Source: Vibrio sp. (GTDB lineage Bacteria; Pseudomonadota; Gammaproteobacteria; Enterobacterales; Vibrionaceae). Taken from it: 64,000 nt of DNA. The first letter of the stretch is position 1; the number at the start of each line of letters is the position of its first letter. Location: assembly GCA_047975485.1 (NCBI GenBank), contig JBKEDP010000021.1, positions 1,292 to 65,291 of the forward strand, written 5' to 3'. The position numbers and the translations under genes were made by a program. The notes under the pieces are model-generated. The model was not told the DNA's origin. It saw only the letters and a program-made list of their open reading frames with translations, and did not search any database. Shown here piece by piece: positions 19,644 to 30,605 of this stretch.

Positions 19644-19726
19644 ATTGAAACCGAGTTTTGATTTTTGTCACAGTCAGGTTTGAAAATAACAAATAGTATG
19701 CAAAAAAAATAAAACAACGTTTCAGG
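19644..19726. promoter_or_regulatory. Two KdgR-like operators upstream of the SSS transporter-ogl operon
   Basis: ATTGAAACCGAGTTTTGAT (19644-19662) and AATAAAACAACGTTTCAGG (19708-19726). Confidence 0.6.
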
Positions 19727-19739
19727 GATTAAAATAAAT

Positions 19740-21503
19740 ATGAATTATGATTATCTAGTAATAGCCGGATACTTTGCGCTGATGGTTCTCATTAGTGTTT
19801 TGTTTAAAAAGATGGCAAGCAACAGTACCAGTGACTACTTCCGTGGGGGCGGTAAAATGCTTTGGTGGATGGTTGGTGCTACTGCCTTTATGACTCAGTT
19901 TTCGGCATGGACCTTCACCGGTGCTGCTGGTAAAGCGTTTAGCGATGGTTTCTCTATCCTATTCGTATTCATCGGTAACATGGTGGCTTACGTTCTTGCT
20001 TACTTCTACTTTGCACGCCGCTTCCGCCAAATGCGCGTAGATACTCCAACTGAAGCTGTTCGTCGCCGTTTTGGTTCTGTGAACGAGCAATTCTTTACTT
20101 GGGTTATCATCCCACTTAGCGTTATCAACGCAGGTGTATGGTTGAACGGTCTGGGTGTATTTGCTTCTGCTGTATTTAATGCAGACATCATTACAACTAT
20201 CTATGTTACTGGTGCAGCTGTATTGGCAATCTCGCTAATCAGTGGTGCTTGGGGCGTGGTAGCTTCTGACTTCATTCAAACGCTTGTGGTTGCAGTTATC
20301 TCTGTAGCATGTGCTATCGTTGGTCTAGTGATTGTTGGTGGCCCAGGTGAAATCGTAACTAAGTTCCCTGGTGGTTTCTTCATCGGCCCAGATATGAACT
20401 ACCCTATGCTTCTTGTTGGTTCTTGCTTATTCTTCGTTGTTAAGCAACTTCAAAGTATCAACAACATGCAGGAATCTTACCGTTTCCTTAACGCAAAAGA
20501 CTCACAAAACGCAAGTAAAGCTGCTCTTATGGCGCTTGGTATGATGTTCTTCGGTGCAATTGTTTGGTTTATCCCACCTTGGGCTTCTGCAATCATGTAC
20601 CCAGAAGCAGCAACTGAATACCCATCTCTTGGTGCTAAAGCTTCAGATGCGGTTTACCTAGTGTTTGCTCGTAACGCAATGCCAGTTGGTACTATCGGTC
20701 TACTAATGGCTGGTCTATTCGCAGCAACAATGTCTTCAATGGACTCAGCTCTTAACCGTAACTCTGGTATCTTCGTTCGTAGCTTCTGGGCAACAGTGGT
20801 TCGTAAAGGCCAAGCTTCAGACAAAGAATTACTACGTGCAGGTCAAGTTGCATGTTTAGTTAACGGTATCTTAGTAATCTTAATGGCTCAATTCTTCAAC
20901 TCATTGAAGCACCTAAGCCTATTCGACCTAATGATGCAAGTTGCAACATTACTACAATCACCAATCCTAGTTCCTCTATTCCTAGGTATCCTTATCCGTA
21001 AAACGCCAAAATGGGCTCCATGGGTAACAGTAATTGTTGGTATGTTTGTTTCTTACCTAGTAGTAACTGTGTTCACTCCACAATTCGTTGCTAGCTGGTT
21101 CGGTATTGATTCACCACTAACAGGTCGCGAAATCTCTGATTTCAAAACAATGATCACAATCGCAGCACACTTATTCATTACTGCTGGTTTCTTCTGCGCA
21201 ACAACACTATTCTACAAAGAAGAAAACGACCCATACTTAGAAGACACAAACGAGTTCTTCGAAGATGTGAACACAGAATGTGTTGCTGAAGAAGGTCAAG
21301 ATGAAATCGACCGCATGCAACGTCATAAACTAGGTACTCTAGTGTGTTACATGGGTTACGGTTTAGTTGCTATGGTATTGATTCCAAACCCAATGTGGGG
21401 TCGCCTATTGTTCCTTGGCTGTGCAATAGCAATCCTAGGCTTCGGTTACCTACTTAAGAAGAGTGCCAAAGCTGGCGACTCAAACTTAGTAAGCGCTAAC
21501 TAA
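19740..21503 (+). CDS. Sodium:solute symporter family transporter, probably for oligouronides
   Basis: SDYFRGGGKMLWWMVGATAFMTQFSAWTFTGAAG, AATMSSMDS SSS motifs; directly upstream of ogl. Confidence 0.85.
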   Translation: MNYDYLVIAGYFALMVLISVLFKKMASNSTSDYFRGGGKMLWWMVGATAFMTQFSAWTFTGAAGKAFSDGFSILFVFIGNMVAYVLAYFYFARRFRQMRVDTPTEAVRRRFGSVNEQFFTWVIIPLSVINAGVWLNGLGVFASAVFNADIITTIYVTGAAVLAISLISGAWGVVASDFIQTLVVAVISVACAIVGLVIVGGPGEIVTKFPGGFFIGPDMNYPMLLVGSCLFFVVKQLQSINNMQESYRFLNAKDSQNASKAALMALGMMFFGAIVWFIPPWASAIMYPEAATEYPSLGAKASDAVYLVFARNAMPVGTIGLLMAGLFAATMSSMDSALNRNSGIFVRSFWATVVRKGQASDKELLRAGQVACLVNGILVILMAQFFNSLKHLSLFDLMMQVATLLQSPILVPLFLGILIRKTPKWAPWVTVIVGMFVSYLVVTVFTPQFVASWFGIDSPLTGREISDFKTMITIAAHLFITAGFFCATTLFYKEENDPYLEDTNEFFEDVNTECVAEEGQDEIDRMQRHKLGTLVCYMGYGLVAMVLIPNPMWGRLLFLGCAIAILGFGYLLKKSAKAGDSNLVSAN

Positions 21504-21566
21504 ATTAAAGAATATTAATTACAGCCAGTCTCGTTACTGGCTGTCCTTTTAAGGAGAATAAAAACT

Positions 21567-22733
21567 ATGGCTAAAGGTCAAATCATCGATCTACAGTTCG
21601 AAACTTTTGTCGATTCAGACACCAATAACAAAGTGACTCGTTTAACTCCAAAAGACGTTATCTGTCACCGTAACTACTTCTACCAAAAATGTTTCACTAC
21701 AGACGGTTCTAAACTGCTGTTTGCTGGCGATTTCGATGGTAACCGCAACTACTACCTTCTTGACCTAAAAACTCAAAAAGCAACTCAGCTTACTGAAGGT
21801 AAAGGCGACAACACATTCGGTGGTTTCATTTCTACTGATGACAAATCTTTCTTCTACGTGAAAAACGAACTAAACCTAATGAAGGTAGATTTCGCAACAC
21901 TTGAAGAAACAGTGATCTACACAGTTGATGAAGAATGGAAAGGTTACGGCACTTGGGTGGCTAACTCTGACTGTACTAAACTTGTTGGTATCGAAATCAA
22001 GAAAAGCTGCTACCAGCCTCTTACTTCTTGGGAAAAATTCGCAGAGTTCTACCACACCAACCCAACTTGTCGCTTAATCAAAGTAGACATTCAAACTGGC
22101 GACCTAGAAGTGGTTCACCAAGATGATGCATGGTTAGGTCACCCTATCTACCGTCCATTTGATGACAACACAATCGGTTTCTGTCACGAAGGCCCTCACG
22201 ATCTTGTTGACGCACGTATGTGGCTAGTAAACGAAGACGGTTCAAACGTTCGTAAGATCAAAGATCACGCTGAAGGTGAATCTTGTACGCACGAATTCTG
22301 GATCCCAGATGGTAGCGCAATGGCTTATGTTTCTTACCTAAAAGGCCAAACTGAGCGCGTTATCTTCAAAGCGAACCCAGAAACACTAGAAAACGAAATG
22401 ATCATGGAAATGCCACAATGTTCTCACCTAATGAGTAACTACGATGGCTCTCTAATGGTTGGTGACGGCAGTGATGCTCCAGTGGACGTAAATGACCTTG
22501 ACGGCTACGACATTGAAAACGACCCGTTCTTGTACATCCTAAACATGGAAAAGAAAAGCTACGCTCGTTTGGCGAAACACAGCACGTCTTGGGAAGTATT
22601 AGGCGGCGACCGTCAAATCACTCACCCTCACCCATCATTTACACCGGGTGACACTGGCGTTCTATTTACAAGTGACTTTGAAGGCGTTCCTGCGGTTTAC
22701 ATTGCAGAAGTACCAGAAGAGCTACGTAAATAA
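21567..22733 (+). CDS. ogl: Oligogalacturonate lyase (PL22)
   Basis: MAKG...CHRNYFYQKCF, FCHEGPHDLVDARMW, ESCTHEFW, THPHPSF. Confidence 0.95.
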   Translation: MAKGQIIDLQFETFVDSDTNNKVTRLTPKDVICHRNYFYQKCFTTDGSKLLFAGDFDGNRNYYLLDLKTQKATQLTEGKGDNTFGGFISTDDKSFFYVKNELNLMKVDFATLEETVIYTVDEEWKGYGTWVANSDCTKLVGIEIKKSCYQPLTSWEKFAEFYHTNPTCRLIKVDIQTGDLEVVHQDDAWLGHPIYRPFDDNTIGFCHEGPHDLVDARMWLVNEDGSNVRKIKDHAEGESCTHEFWIPDGSAMAYVSYLKGQTERVIFKANPETLENEMIMEMPQCSHLMSNYDGSLMVGDGSDAPVDVNDLDGYDIENDPFLYILNMEKKSYARLAKHSTSWEVLGGDRQITHPHPSFTPGDTGVLFTSDFEGVPAVYIAEVPEELRK

Positions 22734-22875
22734 GTAAAAGAACGAATTAAAAGAACTGAGCAAGTAAAAGCTAGGTAAGTAAGAGCTAGGTAAGTAACCT
22801 CAGCACTTACTTTAGACAAAGGTCTAATTGAACTAATCCTTTGTTGGACTAACTAACTGCTTTGTTAAACGAATA

Positions 22876-22910
22876 AGCCACTGAATGAATTTTCACTCAG
22901 TGGCTTTTTT
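22876..22910 (+). terminator. Intrinsic terminator after ogl
   Basis: AAGCCACTGA...TCAGTGGCTTTTTT. Confidence 0.8.
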
Positions 22911-23332
22911 ATCTCCCTTAAAAACACAAATAAAACAATATAGCAACAACTCATTAACCAATAATTATTTTCGCAAATAAAAATAATAAAGTTTACGACT
23001 AAAGTTGAATGGAATAAATTTCATTTGCATCTATTTGTAGCACGTTAATTCTGACTTAAAATATAAGCGTTAATTTTTTTAAAACAAAAATTCATTTTTG
23101 GCATAGATTTTGTAAAATATAGAAACTTATATTTATAAAACCATGAATTGTTATTAAGTATCACTTGTAACAAATCTTATTTATATGAATAGGTTTATCA
23201 GAGATAAAAAAGAGAAGCCATATCCCATGACTTCTCTTGCTTATCGCTTTCTGCTTATTTGTGCTTTTAGCTTGTTTGTGCTTTAACTTGTTCGTACTTT
23301 AGCTTGTTCATACTTTAAGTTATAGCTTCCGA

Positions 23333-24763
23333 CTACATGTCTTCTTGTAATTTTTCAACATTAGCTGGAGTTGCATAATATTTCTTAAGCCAGCCGTTCT
23401 TCTGCATACGATAGTAGAAAATACCACCGCGGATAATCCAATCACAGAACATACCAATCCAGATACCATATACGCCCCAATCAAGCATGATACCAAGCGC
23501 ATAGCCACAACAGATACGGCAACCCCACATACTGAAAATCGCTACCCACATGGTGTATTTGGCGTCTTTAGCACCTTTAAATGCTGCCGGTAATACAAAC
23601 GAGGCGGCCCACAAAGGCATCATCACAAAGTTCATGTAAAGCAGCGTCTTAACCACATCTACAACTTCAGGGTTAGTGGTATAAAGCGAGATAGCTTGGT
23701 CTACAAATGGAATTAAGATCAGGGTTGCGCCAATCAATAAGCCATTAGCAAGCCAGAAAATCATTTTCAGCTCTTGAGTGGCACTTTTCGGTCTACCTTG
23801 CCCTAGCCTTTTCGCAACTAAAATCGTTGATGTCATCCCCAAGGTATTACCTGGAATGTTGATTAACAGCATGATTGAAAAGGCAATTACGCTACCCGCC
23901 ATAGAAATAGTACCCATGCCTGCTACCATCATAATGGTGATCAACTTACCGACGTTAAACATTAAAGATTCAACACTGGAAGGTACGCCAATACCCAAAA
24001 TGTCGAATAAGGTTTTACGGGTAAAGGCACGGAAATAACCTCGAATTGGCATCGCCAGAGTGATGTTTTTCTTTAGATAAAACAAAGTGATAACTACGCC
24101 TGACCAACGAGCCAACACTTCACCTAAACCTGCGCCGAGCAAGCCCCAACCTTCCCAAGCACCAAAGCCATAAATTAATGGATAACTATAAAACACATTC
24201 AATAAGTTAGCGGCAATATTCACTTGCATGGAAACCTTGGTATTTCCTACTGCACGTAACACCGCACAGCCAGCAAGAGTAATCGCAATTGCTGGATAAC
24301 TAAAAGAAATGGTTTTTAAGTAGGTTTCCGATAAATGCAGTACATCTTCTTCTGCGCCTAAAGCTAGCACTTCAAGAATCGGCGCACTCCAAATAATAAT
24401 CACCACTAAAAAGATCAGACTAATCAAAAGGTTTAAGTTAATAGATTGTCGAGCCTGATCTCCGGCATTTTCCGATTGACGGCGACCATAAGACTGCGCC
24501 ACCAGCACAGAGCCGCCCAGAGCAATCGCTGACAGCACCGAAAACACAATGTAAGTCATACTGTCGCTGATACCGATAGCCGCAGTGTTATTCGCCCCTA
24601 AGCGGCTGACAAGAATGGTACTCACCATACTCATCAACACCACGCATAAAAGTTCTATAAATATTGGCCAAGCGAATGGCCAAACTTCTTTTAACAGTAA
24701 AACTTTATACCTTTGTCTATAGTCTTTTAGTTTATAAACCTGTTGCACATTATTCCTGTACAT
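23333..24763 (-). CDS. MATE-family transporter (YeeO-like)
   Basis: ~12 TM helices; AWPIFIE, LRAVGNTK, IGVPSSVE, GAKDAKYTM MATE patterns. Confidence 0.85.
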   Translation of the reverse strand: MYRNNVQQVYKLKDYRQRYKVLLLKEVWPFAWPIFIELLCVVLMSMVSTILVSRLGANNTAAIGISDSMTYIVFSVLSAIALGGSVLVAQSYGRRQSENAGDQARQSINLNLLISLIFLVVIIIWSAPILEVLALGAEEDVLHLSETYLKTISFSYPAIAITLAGCAVLRAVGNTKVSMQVNIAANLLNVFYSYPLIYGFGAWEGWGLLGAGLGEVLARWSGVVITLFYLKKNITLAMPIRGYFRAFTRKTLFDILGIGVPSSVESLMFNVGKLITIMMVAGMGTISMAGSVIAFSIMLLINIPGNTLGMTSTILVAKRLGQGRPKSATQELKMIFWLANGLLIGATLILIPFVDQAISLYTTNPEVVDVVKTLLYMNFVMMPLWAASFVLPAAFKGAKDAKYTMWVAIFSMWGCRICCGYALGIMLDWGVYGIWIGMFCDWIIRGGIFYYRMQKNGWLKKYYATPANVEKLQEDM

Positions 24764-24935
24764 TAAATACCGCCTTACTTCTTAGATTCCATTCTATTTA
24801 TATAACTCAAATTCAATACCCTTAAATTTTACATGAATTTTCTCTAAGTAAAACCAATATTTAGACATAGATCACGTGCTAGATTTATTTTAAAAAAATC
24901 AAAACAGATCAAGATCAAAAAATTTATTCCGTTTT

Positions 24936-24954
24936 TTCAAAACATTGTTTCATA
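24936..24954. promoter_or_regulatory. KdgR-like operator between the MATE gene and kdgM
   Basis: TTCAAAACATTGTTTCATA. Confidence 0.65.
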
Positions 24955-25039
24955 GATCACATCTTATAAAGGATGGGCTAAAAAAATTGAATTTTTTATT
25001 TATATTGAATACACAACAAAAACATAAAGGAATATTTAT

Positions 25040-25810
25040 ATGAAAAAAGTACTTACCCTTTCCGTTCTAGCCCTAGCTGTAATTTCAACTACTGCTTCAG
25101 CAATGAGCATCAACCTTCGTCATGAATATATGGATTCTGATGGAGACCAAGGCTCACGTAACCGCGACCGTATGACTCTGGCACACACTTTCGCTAACGG
25201 TATCGGTATCAGTGGTGAAATCAAATGGCAACAAGAACCTAATTCAGATGGTGATGAAGATTTTGGCTTTGGTCACCTGAAAAGTGCAGGCCATGAAACG
25301 GTAGTGAGCTACAACTACAAAGTAACTGATAAGTTTACTTTACAACCTGCTTATGGTTTAGATGATAATGATTCTGCAACCACTCACAAACTAAACTTAA
25401 AAGGTACTTACAAATTTACCGATAAGTGGAACGTAGCGCTTCGTTATCGTTATGGCTATAAAAACAATGCAGATTATGGCGCAGCGAACAGCCACTACCA
25501 TCAAATCAACTTAACCAGTGGTTATGTTGTAGGTCAATTTGGTCTAGGTATCGATTTTGAATGGAAAATTGATCAAGAAGCAAGTTCTGGCTACAAAGGT
25601 GATGAAAGCTATCTAAACCTAGTAAACTTCACTGCTGACTACCGTGGTTTTGAAAGCGGTTGGATTCCATTCATCGAACTCGGTTATGTATCTCAAAACA
25701 CAGAGAAATACCTAGATGCAGCAGGTAAATCACATGAAGATGGCCGTACAAAAGAAGGTCTAGATACCTATAACATGCGTTACCGTTTTGGTGTTAAATA
25801 CAACTTCTAA
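25040..25810 (+). CDS. kdgM: Oligogalacturonate-specific porin, KdgM family
   Basis: Signal peptide, SINLRHEY, C-terminal RYRFGVKYNF; pectin cluster context. Confidence 0.85.
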   Translation: MKKVLTLSVLALAVISTTASAMSINLRHEYMDSDGDQGSRNRDRMTLAHTFANGIGISGEIKWQQEPNSDGDEDFGFGHLKSAGHETVVSYNYKVTDKFTLQPAYGLDDNDSATTHKLNLKGTYKFTDKWNVALRYRYGYKNNADYGAANSHYHQINLTSGYVVGQFGLGIDFEWKIDQEASSGYKGDESYLNLVNFTADYRGFESGWIPFIELGYVSQNTEKYLDAAGKSHEDGRTKEGLDTYNMRYRFGVKYNF

Positions 25811-25823
25811 TAGTTAATTAATT

Positions 25824-25854
25824 AAGGCTTATGCGGTTTGCATAGGCCTTTTTT
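25824..25854 (+). terminator. Terminator after kdgM
   Basis: AGGCTTATGC...GCATAGGCCTTTTTT. Confidence 0.7.
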
Positions 25855-25967
25855 CGCTTTCAAAACTGCCGCTTACAACCAGATTAATTAGTTGACGACC
25901 GTTCTGAAAACGAAAAAACGACATTTTTGGTACAACCTTTCTTTTTTCATTTTCAAGGACTCACAAC

Positions 25968-28226
25968 ATGAAAAAAAGCAAATTAGCCGCTTGTCTTACG
26001 CTAGCTTTAGCTCCAACTCTCGCTTTCTCAAATTTAGCTCACGCAGCCGTTCCTAATGTTAAAGATTTAACTTGGCACGCAGTAGCATTTGGTCAGTCGA
26101 CGGATCTTAACTTCGGTTCAACCATTCTTCCTGAAAAAGTCGGTACTAACCAAGTAACGGTTGACGGTAAGAAGGTAACCGCTGGCCCACTACTGGATCA
26201 TTTCACGATCGAAAGCCGCGGCGGCAAATTAGCTAACTCTCATGAAGGGGTAACTTACTACTACACGGCTCTACCAACGGACGTTAACTTCACGCTTTCA
26301 GCTAAGGTGAAATTAGACCAACTTGGCCCTGAAACGGACGCAACACCAAACCAACAAGAAGGTGCGGGTATTATGATTCGCGACGTGGTGGGTCAACCGC
26401 GTATGGATCCTCAACCTCTAGGTATGGAAGAATTCCCTGCTGCATCTAACATGGTGATGAACGTATTCCGCGCTAATAAAAAAGGCGAAGCGAATGGTTT
26501 AGCAAATATCTTCGGTGTTTATCGTGAAGGTATTTACGAACCATGGGGCACGGGTGGCAACAAAATGGCTCGTGAAGACTATGTTCAAGCCGTTAAAGTT
26601 GGTGAAGCTAACGAATATCAAATGTCTGTCACTCGTACTAACGATTCTTTCGAAATGACATTCACTAACGGCTCTGAAACTAAGACTATTCCACTTAAAG
26701 GTTCAAACGCAAACCTAGTTGAGATGCAAGATCCTGATACGCAATACGTAGGTTTCTTCGCTTCTCGAAATGCCAAACTAACTGTTTCAGATGTGGATTT
26801 AAAACTGTCTGATGCTAACACTAAAGATGCACCAAAATTCCAAGCACCGCTAAATGATCTTGTGTTTGAAACAGCATCTTCTGAACGTACAGCTACCAGC
26901 GATTACACAGTCCAAGCTCGTGCTAACTACGCAGGTAAATTTACTCTAACTCAAGATGGTAAAACATTAGTTACTGATCAAGCAGTTAAAGCGGGTGAAC
27001 TATTTACTCATGCTGCAAAACTAGCTAATGCATCATCTAATTTTGATATTGCTTTCACCGCTACTGAAGGCCCAGATCTTAAAGCTCAAACACATAAATT
27101 ATCTGTGACTCAAGCTGTCGTGAAAGATCCTATGAAGATCTACGTGAGTCCAAAAGCAGATGCTTCTGGTGACGGTAGCGAAGGTAAACCTATGAACCTA
27201 GCAACGGCTATCGAGCTAGTTGCACCAGGCGGCACAGTTTACCTAGAAGATGGTGATTACCCTGCAATTGATATTCCTGCAACAGCAAGTGGTGTGGAAG
27301 GTAAAGCGAAATCACTGGTCGCTAAAGGTGAAAAAGTTCGCTTCACTGGCCGAGTGCTACATAAAGCTCACTACTGGAATTACAAAAATATCGAAATTGC
27401 AGGCGGCCAATTCATTGTTTACGGTAGCCACAATAACTTTGAAAAAATGATTGCGCATGACGCACCAGACACAGGTTTCCAAATCACGTCACCAGAAGGT
27501 GTTGGCCGTGCATTATGGGCAAGCTACAACACAGTGACTGACAGTGAAAGTTACAACAACATGGATAAATCTCGCATCAATGCTGATGGTTTCGCTGCGA
27601 AAATGCGTGTCGGTGACGGTAACACCTTTATCCGCTGTATTTCGCACCACAATGCGGATGATGGTTGGGATCTATTCAACAAGGTAGAAGACGGTCCAAA
27701 CGGCGTGGTAACCATTCTTGATTCTATTTCATTCAAAAATGGTCAAAACCTTAACTACCCTAATGCAGGCGGCACCATTGGTAACGGCTTCAAACTAGGT
27801 GGTGAAGGTCTTCCTGTTGCTCACGTTATCAAAAACAGCCTAGCGTTTGCTAACAACATGGACGGTTTTACTGACAACTTTAACCCTGGTTCTCTAACGG
27901 TTGAGAATAACGTTGCGATTGATAACAAACGCTTCAACTTCTTGTTCCGTAAGAGCCCATACACTGATGAAATCAAACAAGGTTTATTCACTAAGAACAT
28001 CTCTTTACGTTTCTACCAAGAAAGTAAATACGATGACTCTGTGAGCTTTGATAAATCAGTAGATAACGCTTTCTACAAAGATGGCAAAACTCAATTTACG
28101 GCTAACAATACCCTGTCTGCCGATATGATTGAGAAACTAAAAGCAGCGGCGAAAATTGATGAATCTAAAGCGATTCCAGCTCGTGAGGAAGCAATTAAAC
28201 TGCACGAGTTACTTTTCGATAAATAA
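25968..28226 (+). CDS. pelX: Periplasmic exopolygalacturonate lyase (PL9)
   Basis: Signal peptide, AFGQSTDLNF, NADGFAAK, HHNADDGWDLFNK, GNGFKLGG. Confidence 0.9.
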   Translation: MKKSKLAACLTLALAPTLAFSNLAHAAVPNVKDLTWHAVAFGQSTDLNFGSTILPEKVGTNQVTVDGKKVTAGPLLDHFTIESRGGKLANSHEGVTYYYTALPTDVNFTLSAKVKLDQLGPETDATPNQQEGAGIMIRDVVGQPRMDPQPLGMEEFPAASNMVMNVFRANKKGEANGLANIFGVYREGIYEPWGTGGNKMAREDYVQAVKVGEANEYQMSVTRTNDSFEMTFTNGSETKTIPLKGSNANLVEMQDPDTQYVGFFASRNAKLTVSDVDLKLSDANTKDAPKFQAPLNDLVFETASSERTATSDYTVQARANYAGKFTLTQDGKTLVTDQAVKAGELFTHAAKLANASSNFDIAFTATEGPDLKAQTHKLSVTQAVVKDPMKIYVSPKADASGDGSEGKPMNLATAIELVAPGGTVYLEDGDYPAIDIPATASGVEGKAKSLVAKGEKVRFTGRVLHKAHYWNYKNIEIAGGQFIVYGSHNNFEKMIAHDAPDTGFQITSPEGVGRALWASYNTVTDSESYNNMDKSRINADGFAAKMRVGDGNTFIRCISHHNADDGWDLFNKVEDGPNGVVTILDSISFKNGQNLNYPNAGGTIGNGFKLGGEGLPVAHVIKNSLAFANNMDGFTDNFNPGSLTVENNVAIDNKRFNFLFRKSPYTDEIKQGLFTKNISLRFYQESKYDDSVSFDKSVDNAFYKDGKTQFTANNTLSADMIEKLKAAAKIDESKAIPAREEAIKLHELLFDK

Positions 28227-28307
28227 GTAAGTTTTTAACCCAATTCAACGTCGTTAGGGCGGCCACCTTAACGACTGAGAATTAACTTTAATCCTGGAAC
28301 TGCCTTC

Positions 28308-28340
28308 GCCCACTGTATCTCCACCAGTGGGCATTTTTTT
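28308..28340 (+). terminator. Terminator after pelX
   Basis: GCCCACTG...CAGTGGGCATTTTTTT. Confidence 0.75.
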
Positions 28341-28373
28341 ATTTAAAATTCATCTTTTTTATTTCAATTGAGA

Positions 28374-28817
28374 TTAGCTTACTTTCTTCAAGGCTACGGC
28401 ATTAATGCAATAACGCAGTCCACTTGGAGCGGGTCCATCAGGGAAGATATGTCCTAAATGCGCATCACAAGTGGCACAAGTGGTTTCAATACGAGTCATG
28501 CCGTAGCTGTGATCTTTATGATAGGCAATCGCATCTTGCTGTATAGGCTGAGTAAATGAAGGCCAACCGGTTGCTGAGTCAAACTTTTGATTGGCATTAA
28601 AAAGCACGGTATCACAACATGCACAGCTATAAACTCCCGGTTCAAACAAGCTACACATTTCCGAGCTGAATGCACGCTCTGTTCCTTTTAATCGGGTTAC
28701 TCTGAACACTTCAGAATCAAGCAATCTTTCCCACTCTTGATTGGATTTTTCCACTCGGCTATTGGGTTCAATATTCTGGTGATTGGCTCTTTTAATCACA
28801 TCAGCCCAATTCAGCAT
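28374..28817 (-). CDS. msrB: Peptide-methionine (R)-S-oxide reductase
   Basis: GTERAF, KFDSATGWPSF, HLGHIFPDGP, RYCIN. Confidence 0.95.
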   Translation of the reverse strand: MLNWADVIKRANHQNIEPNSRVEKSNQEWERLLDSEVFRVTRLKGTERAFSSEMCSLFEPGVYSCACCDTVLFNANQKFDSATGWPSFTQPIQQDAIAYHKDHSYGMTRIETTCATCDAHLGHIFPDGPAPSGLRYCINAVALKKVS

Positions 28818-28963
28818 ACCTGCTCTCCTTGTGTACGTGCCTTCCTTGCATACGCTCTGTCATCTGATCATCCATTTCATTTAAATTTGACAGAACGTCT
28901 GCTTAGTATTCGAATAGACATTCACTAAAATAGAAAAATTTCAGCAAATATTAGGGATATATT

Positions 28964-29260
28964 ATGAATAACGAAGAATGCAAAGCTAATCAGCATCAGG
29001 CTTCACAAGATTTAGTGGAAGAATATCAACCTATTGCCTGTGGGATATACGATGAATATGAGCTCGCCTGTATGCATCACAATTTGTTAAAAATCTCGTT
29101 AGTGACAGGCGAAGAAATCCAAGCAAAGGCGATCAATGTTTATTTAGAAAAAGGCACAGGTGAATGGTTAGAAGTTGAAACCAACTGTGAAAATCAGACA
29201 AAAAAAAGGCAACGCATCCGCTTGGATCACATTGCCCATTTTGAAAAGAAATCCGTTTAA
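28964..29260 (+). CDS. rof: Rho-binding antiterminator (Rof/YaeO family)
   Basis: YQPIACGIYDEYELAC...IRLDHI. Confidence 0.8.
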   Translation: MNNEECKANQHQASQDLVEEYQPIACGIYDEYELACMHHNLLKISLVTGEEIQAKAINVYLEKGTGEWLEVETNCENQTKKRQRIRLDHIAHFEKKSV

Positions 29261-29263
29261 AGA

Positions 29264-30481
29264 TTAATCTAAGCGGAATTTGCACACTTCATTACCCGGT
29301 TTAGGGTGACGAGGAATGTTGCAAGATAGAATCAAAGACACCACCGCCATGGCTGCACCAAGGTAGAAAACTTCGGCTGGAGAAGACATCCATAAAACAC
29401 CAAAAGTCACCGGAATAACAACCGCAGCAATATGGTTAATGGTAAAAGAAACACCTGCGGTTGATGCCATATCTTCTTGGTCGGCGATCTTTTGCAAGTA
29501 AGTATTTACCGCTAAAGCTAACGCAAAGAACAAATGATCGATCACATACAAACCCGCAGCAATATGCGCATTTTCTACTACAGCGTAGCCAACAAACACA
29601 CAAACCAAACCACAGTATTCAAAAATTAACGCCTTACGCTCACCAACAACACCAATAAAGCGGCCAATTCTTTTGGCAAACAAGAAGTTAAATGTAAAGT
29701 TGATGGTAAAAAGAAGCGTGATATCGGCAGCTGAATAATGGAATTTTTCTACCATTAAGAAAGCGGCAAATACGGTGAAGATTTGACGACGCGCACCACT
29801 CATAAAGGTCAGTGCATAATACAGCCAATAACGCTTGCGCAATACCAGACTTTTGTTTTGCACGGTTTTAGATTCAAATTGCGGGAAAGTCAGCCACATA
29901 AATAAGGTGATTGCTAACGCTACACAGCCAGTGATCATGTAAACCTGTAAGTAGCCTAGTTTGAATACTTCAAGCATCACCCACAAGCCACCATATGCCA
30001 ACAATGAAGCCAATGCGCCAACTGAAATCAACTTACCTAAAAACTCCGGCGCTTCTTCTTTTGAAAGCCATTGTAGAGAAAGAGATTGTTTGATGGTTTC
30101 GAAATAATGAAAACCGCTCGACATTAATAGTGTCGTCATCAACAAGCCAATCAAAGACGGAAAGAAACCTGTGATTGCTACACCGACTGAAAGCATCACT
30201 AATGCCACAATCATAAATCTCTGTTCACGAATAAACATCAATACAAATACAGCGGTGAAAGCCAAAAAGCCGGGGATCTCACGCACACTTTGCAGCAAAC
30301 CAATGTCTTCGCCTGTAAATGCTGCTTTTTCGACAACAAAGTTATTTAATAGGGCTGACCAACTCGCAAATGCAATCGGCACGACAATCGACACCAATAA
30401 CAAAAACATTTGCGGCGTTTTCCATGATTTTTGCTGTTCAGTATCCAGCTGAGGATCGACTGCTGTTTCAACAGGTTGCAT
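29264..30481 (-). CDS. MFS transporter
   Basis: ~12 TM helices; LLQSVREIPGFL, GARRQIF, FTINHIAAV. Confidence 0.85.
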   Translation of the reverse strand: MQPVETAVDPQLDTEQQKSWKTPQMFLLLVSIVVPIAFASWSALLNNFVVEKAAFTGEDIGLLQSVREIPGFLAFTAVFVLMFIREQRFMIVALVMLSVGVAITGFFPSLIGLLMTTLLMSSGFHYFETIKQSLSLQWLSKEEAPEFLGKLISVGALASLLAYGGLWVMLEVFKLGYLQVYMITGCVALAITLFMWLTFPQFESKTVQNKSLVLRKRYWLYYALTFMSGARRQIFTVFAAFLMVEKFHYSAADITLLFTINFTFNFLFAKRIGRFIGVVGERKALIFEYCGLVCVFVGYAVVENAHIAAGLYVIDHLFFALALAVNTYLQKIADQEDMASTAGVSFTINHIAAVVIPVTFGVLWMSSPAEVFYLGAAMAVVSLILSCNIPRHPKPGNEVCKFRLD

Positions 30482-30605
30482 GATTAATCCTTGGAATTTT
30501 TAAAAGAAGAAAAAACAAAAGAGCAAGGGATAAATACCGCTTGCTCTTTATAAAGATGTAACTAATTTTAACAGTAAAACCAATAACTGCCAATTGTTCA
30601 AAAAA

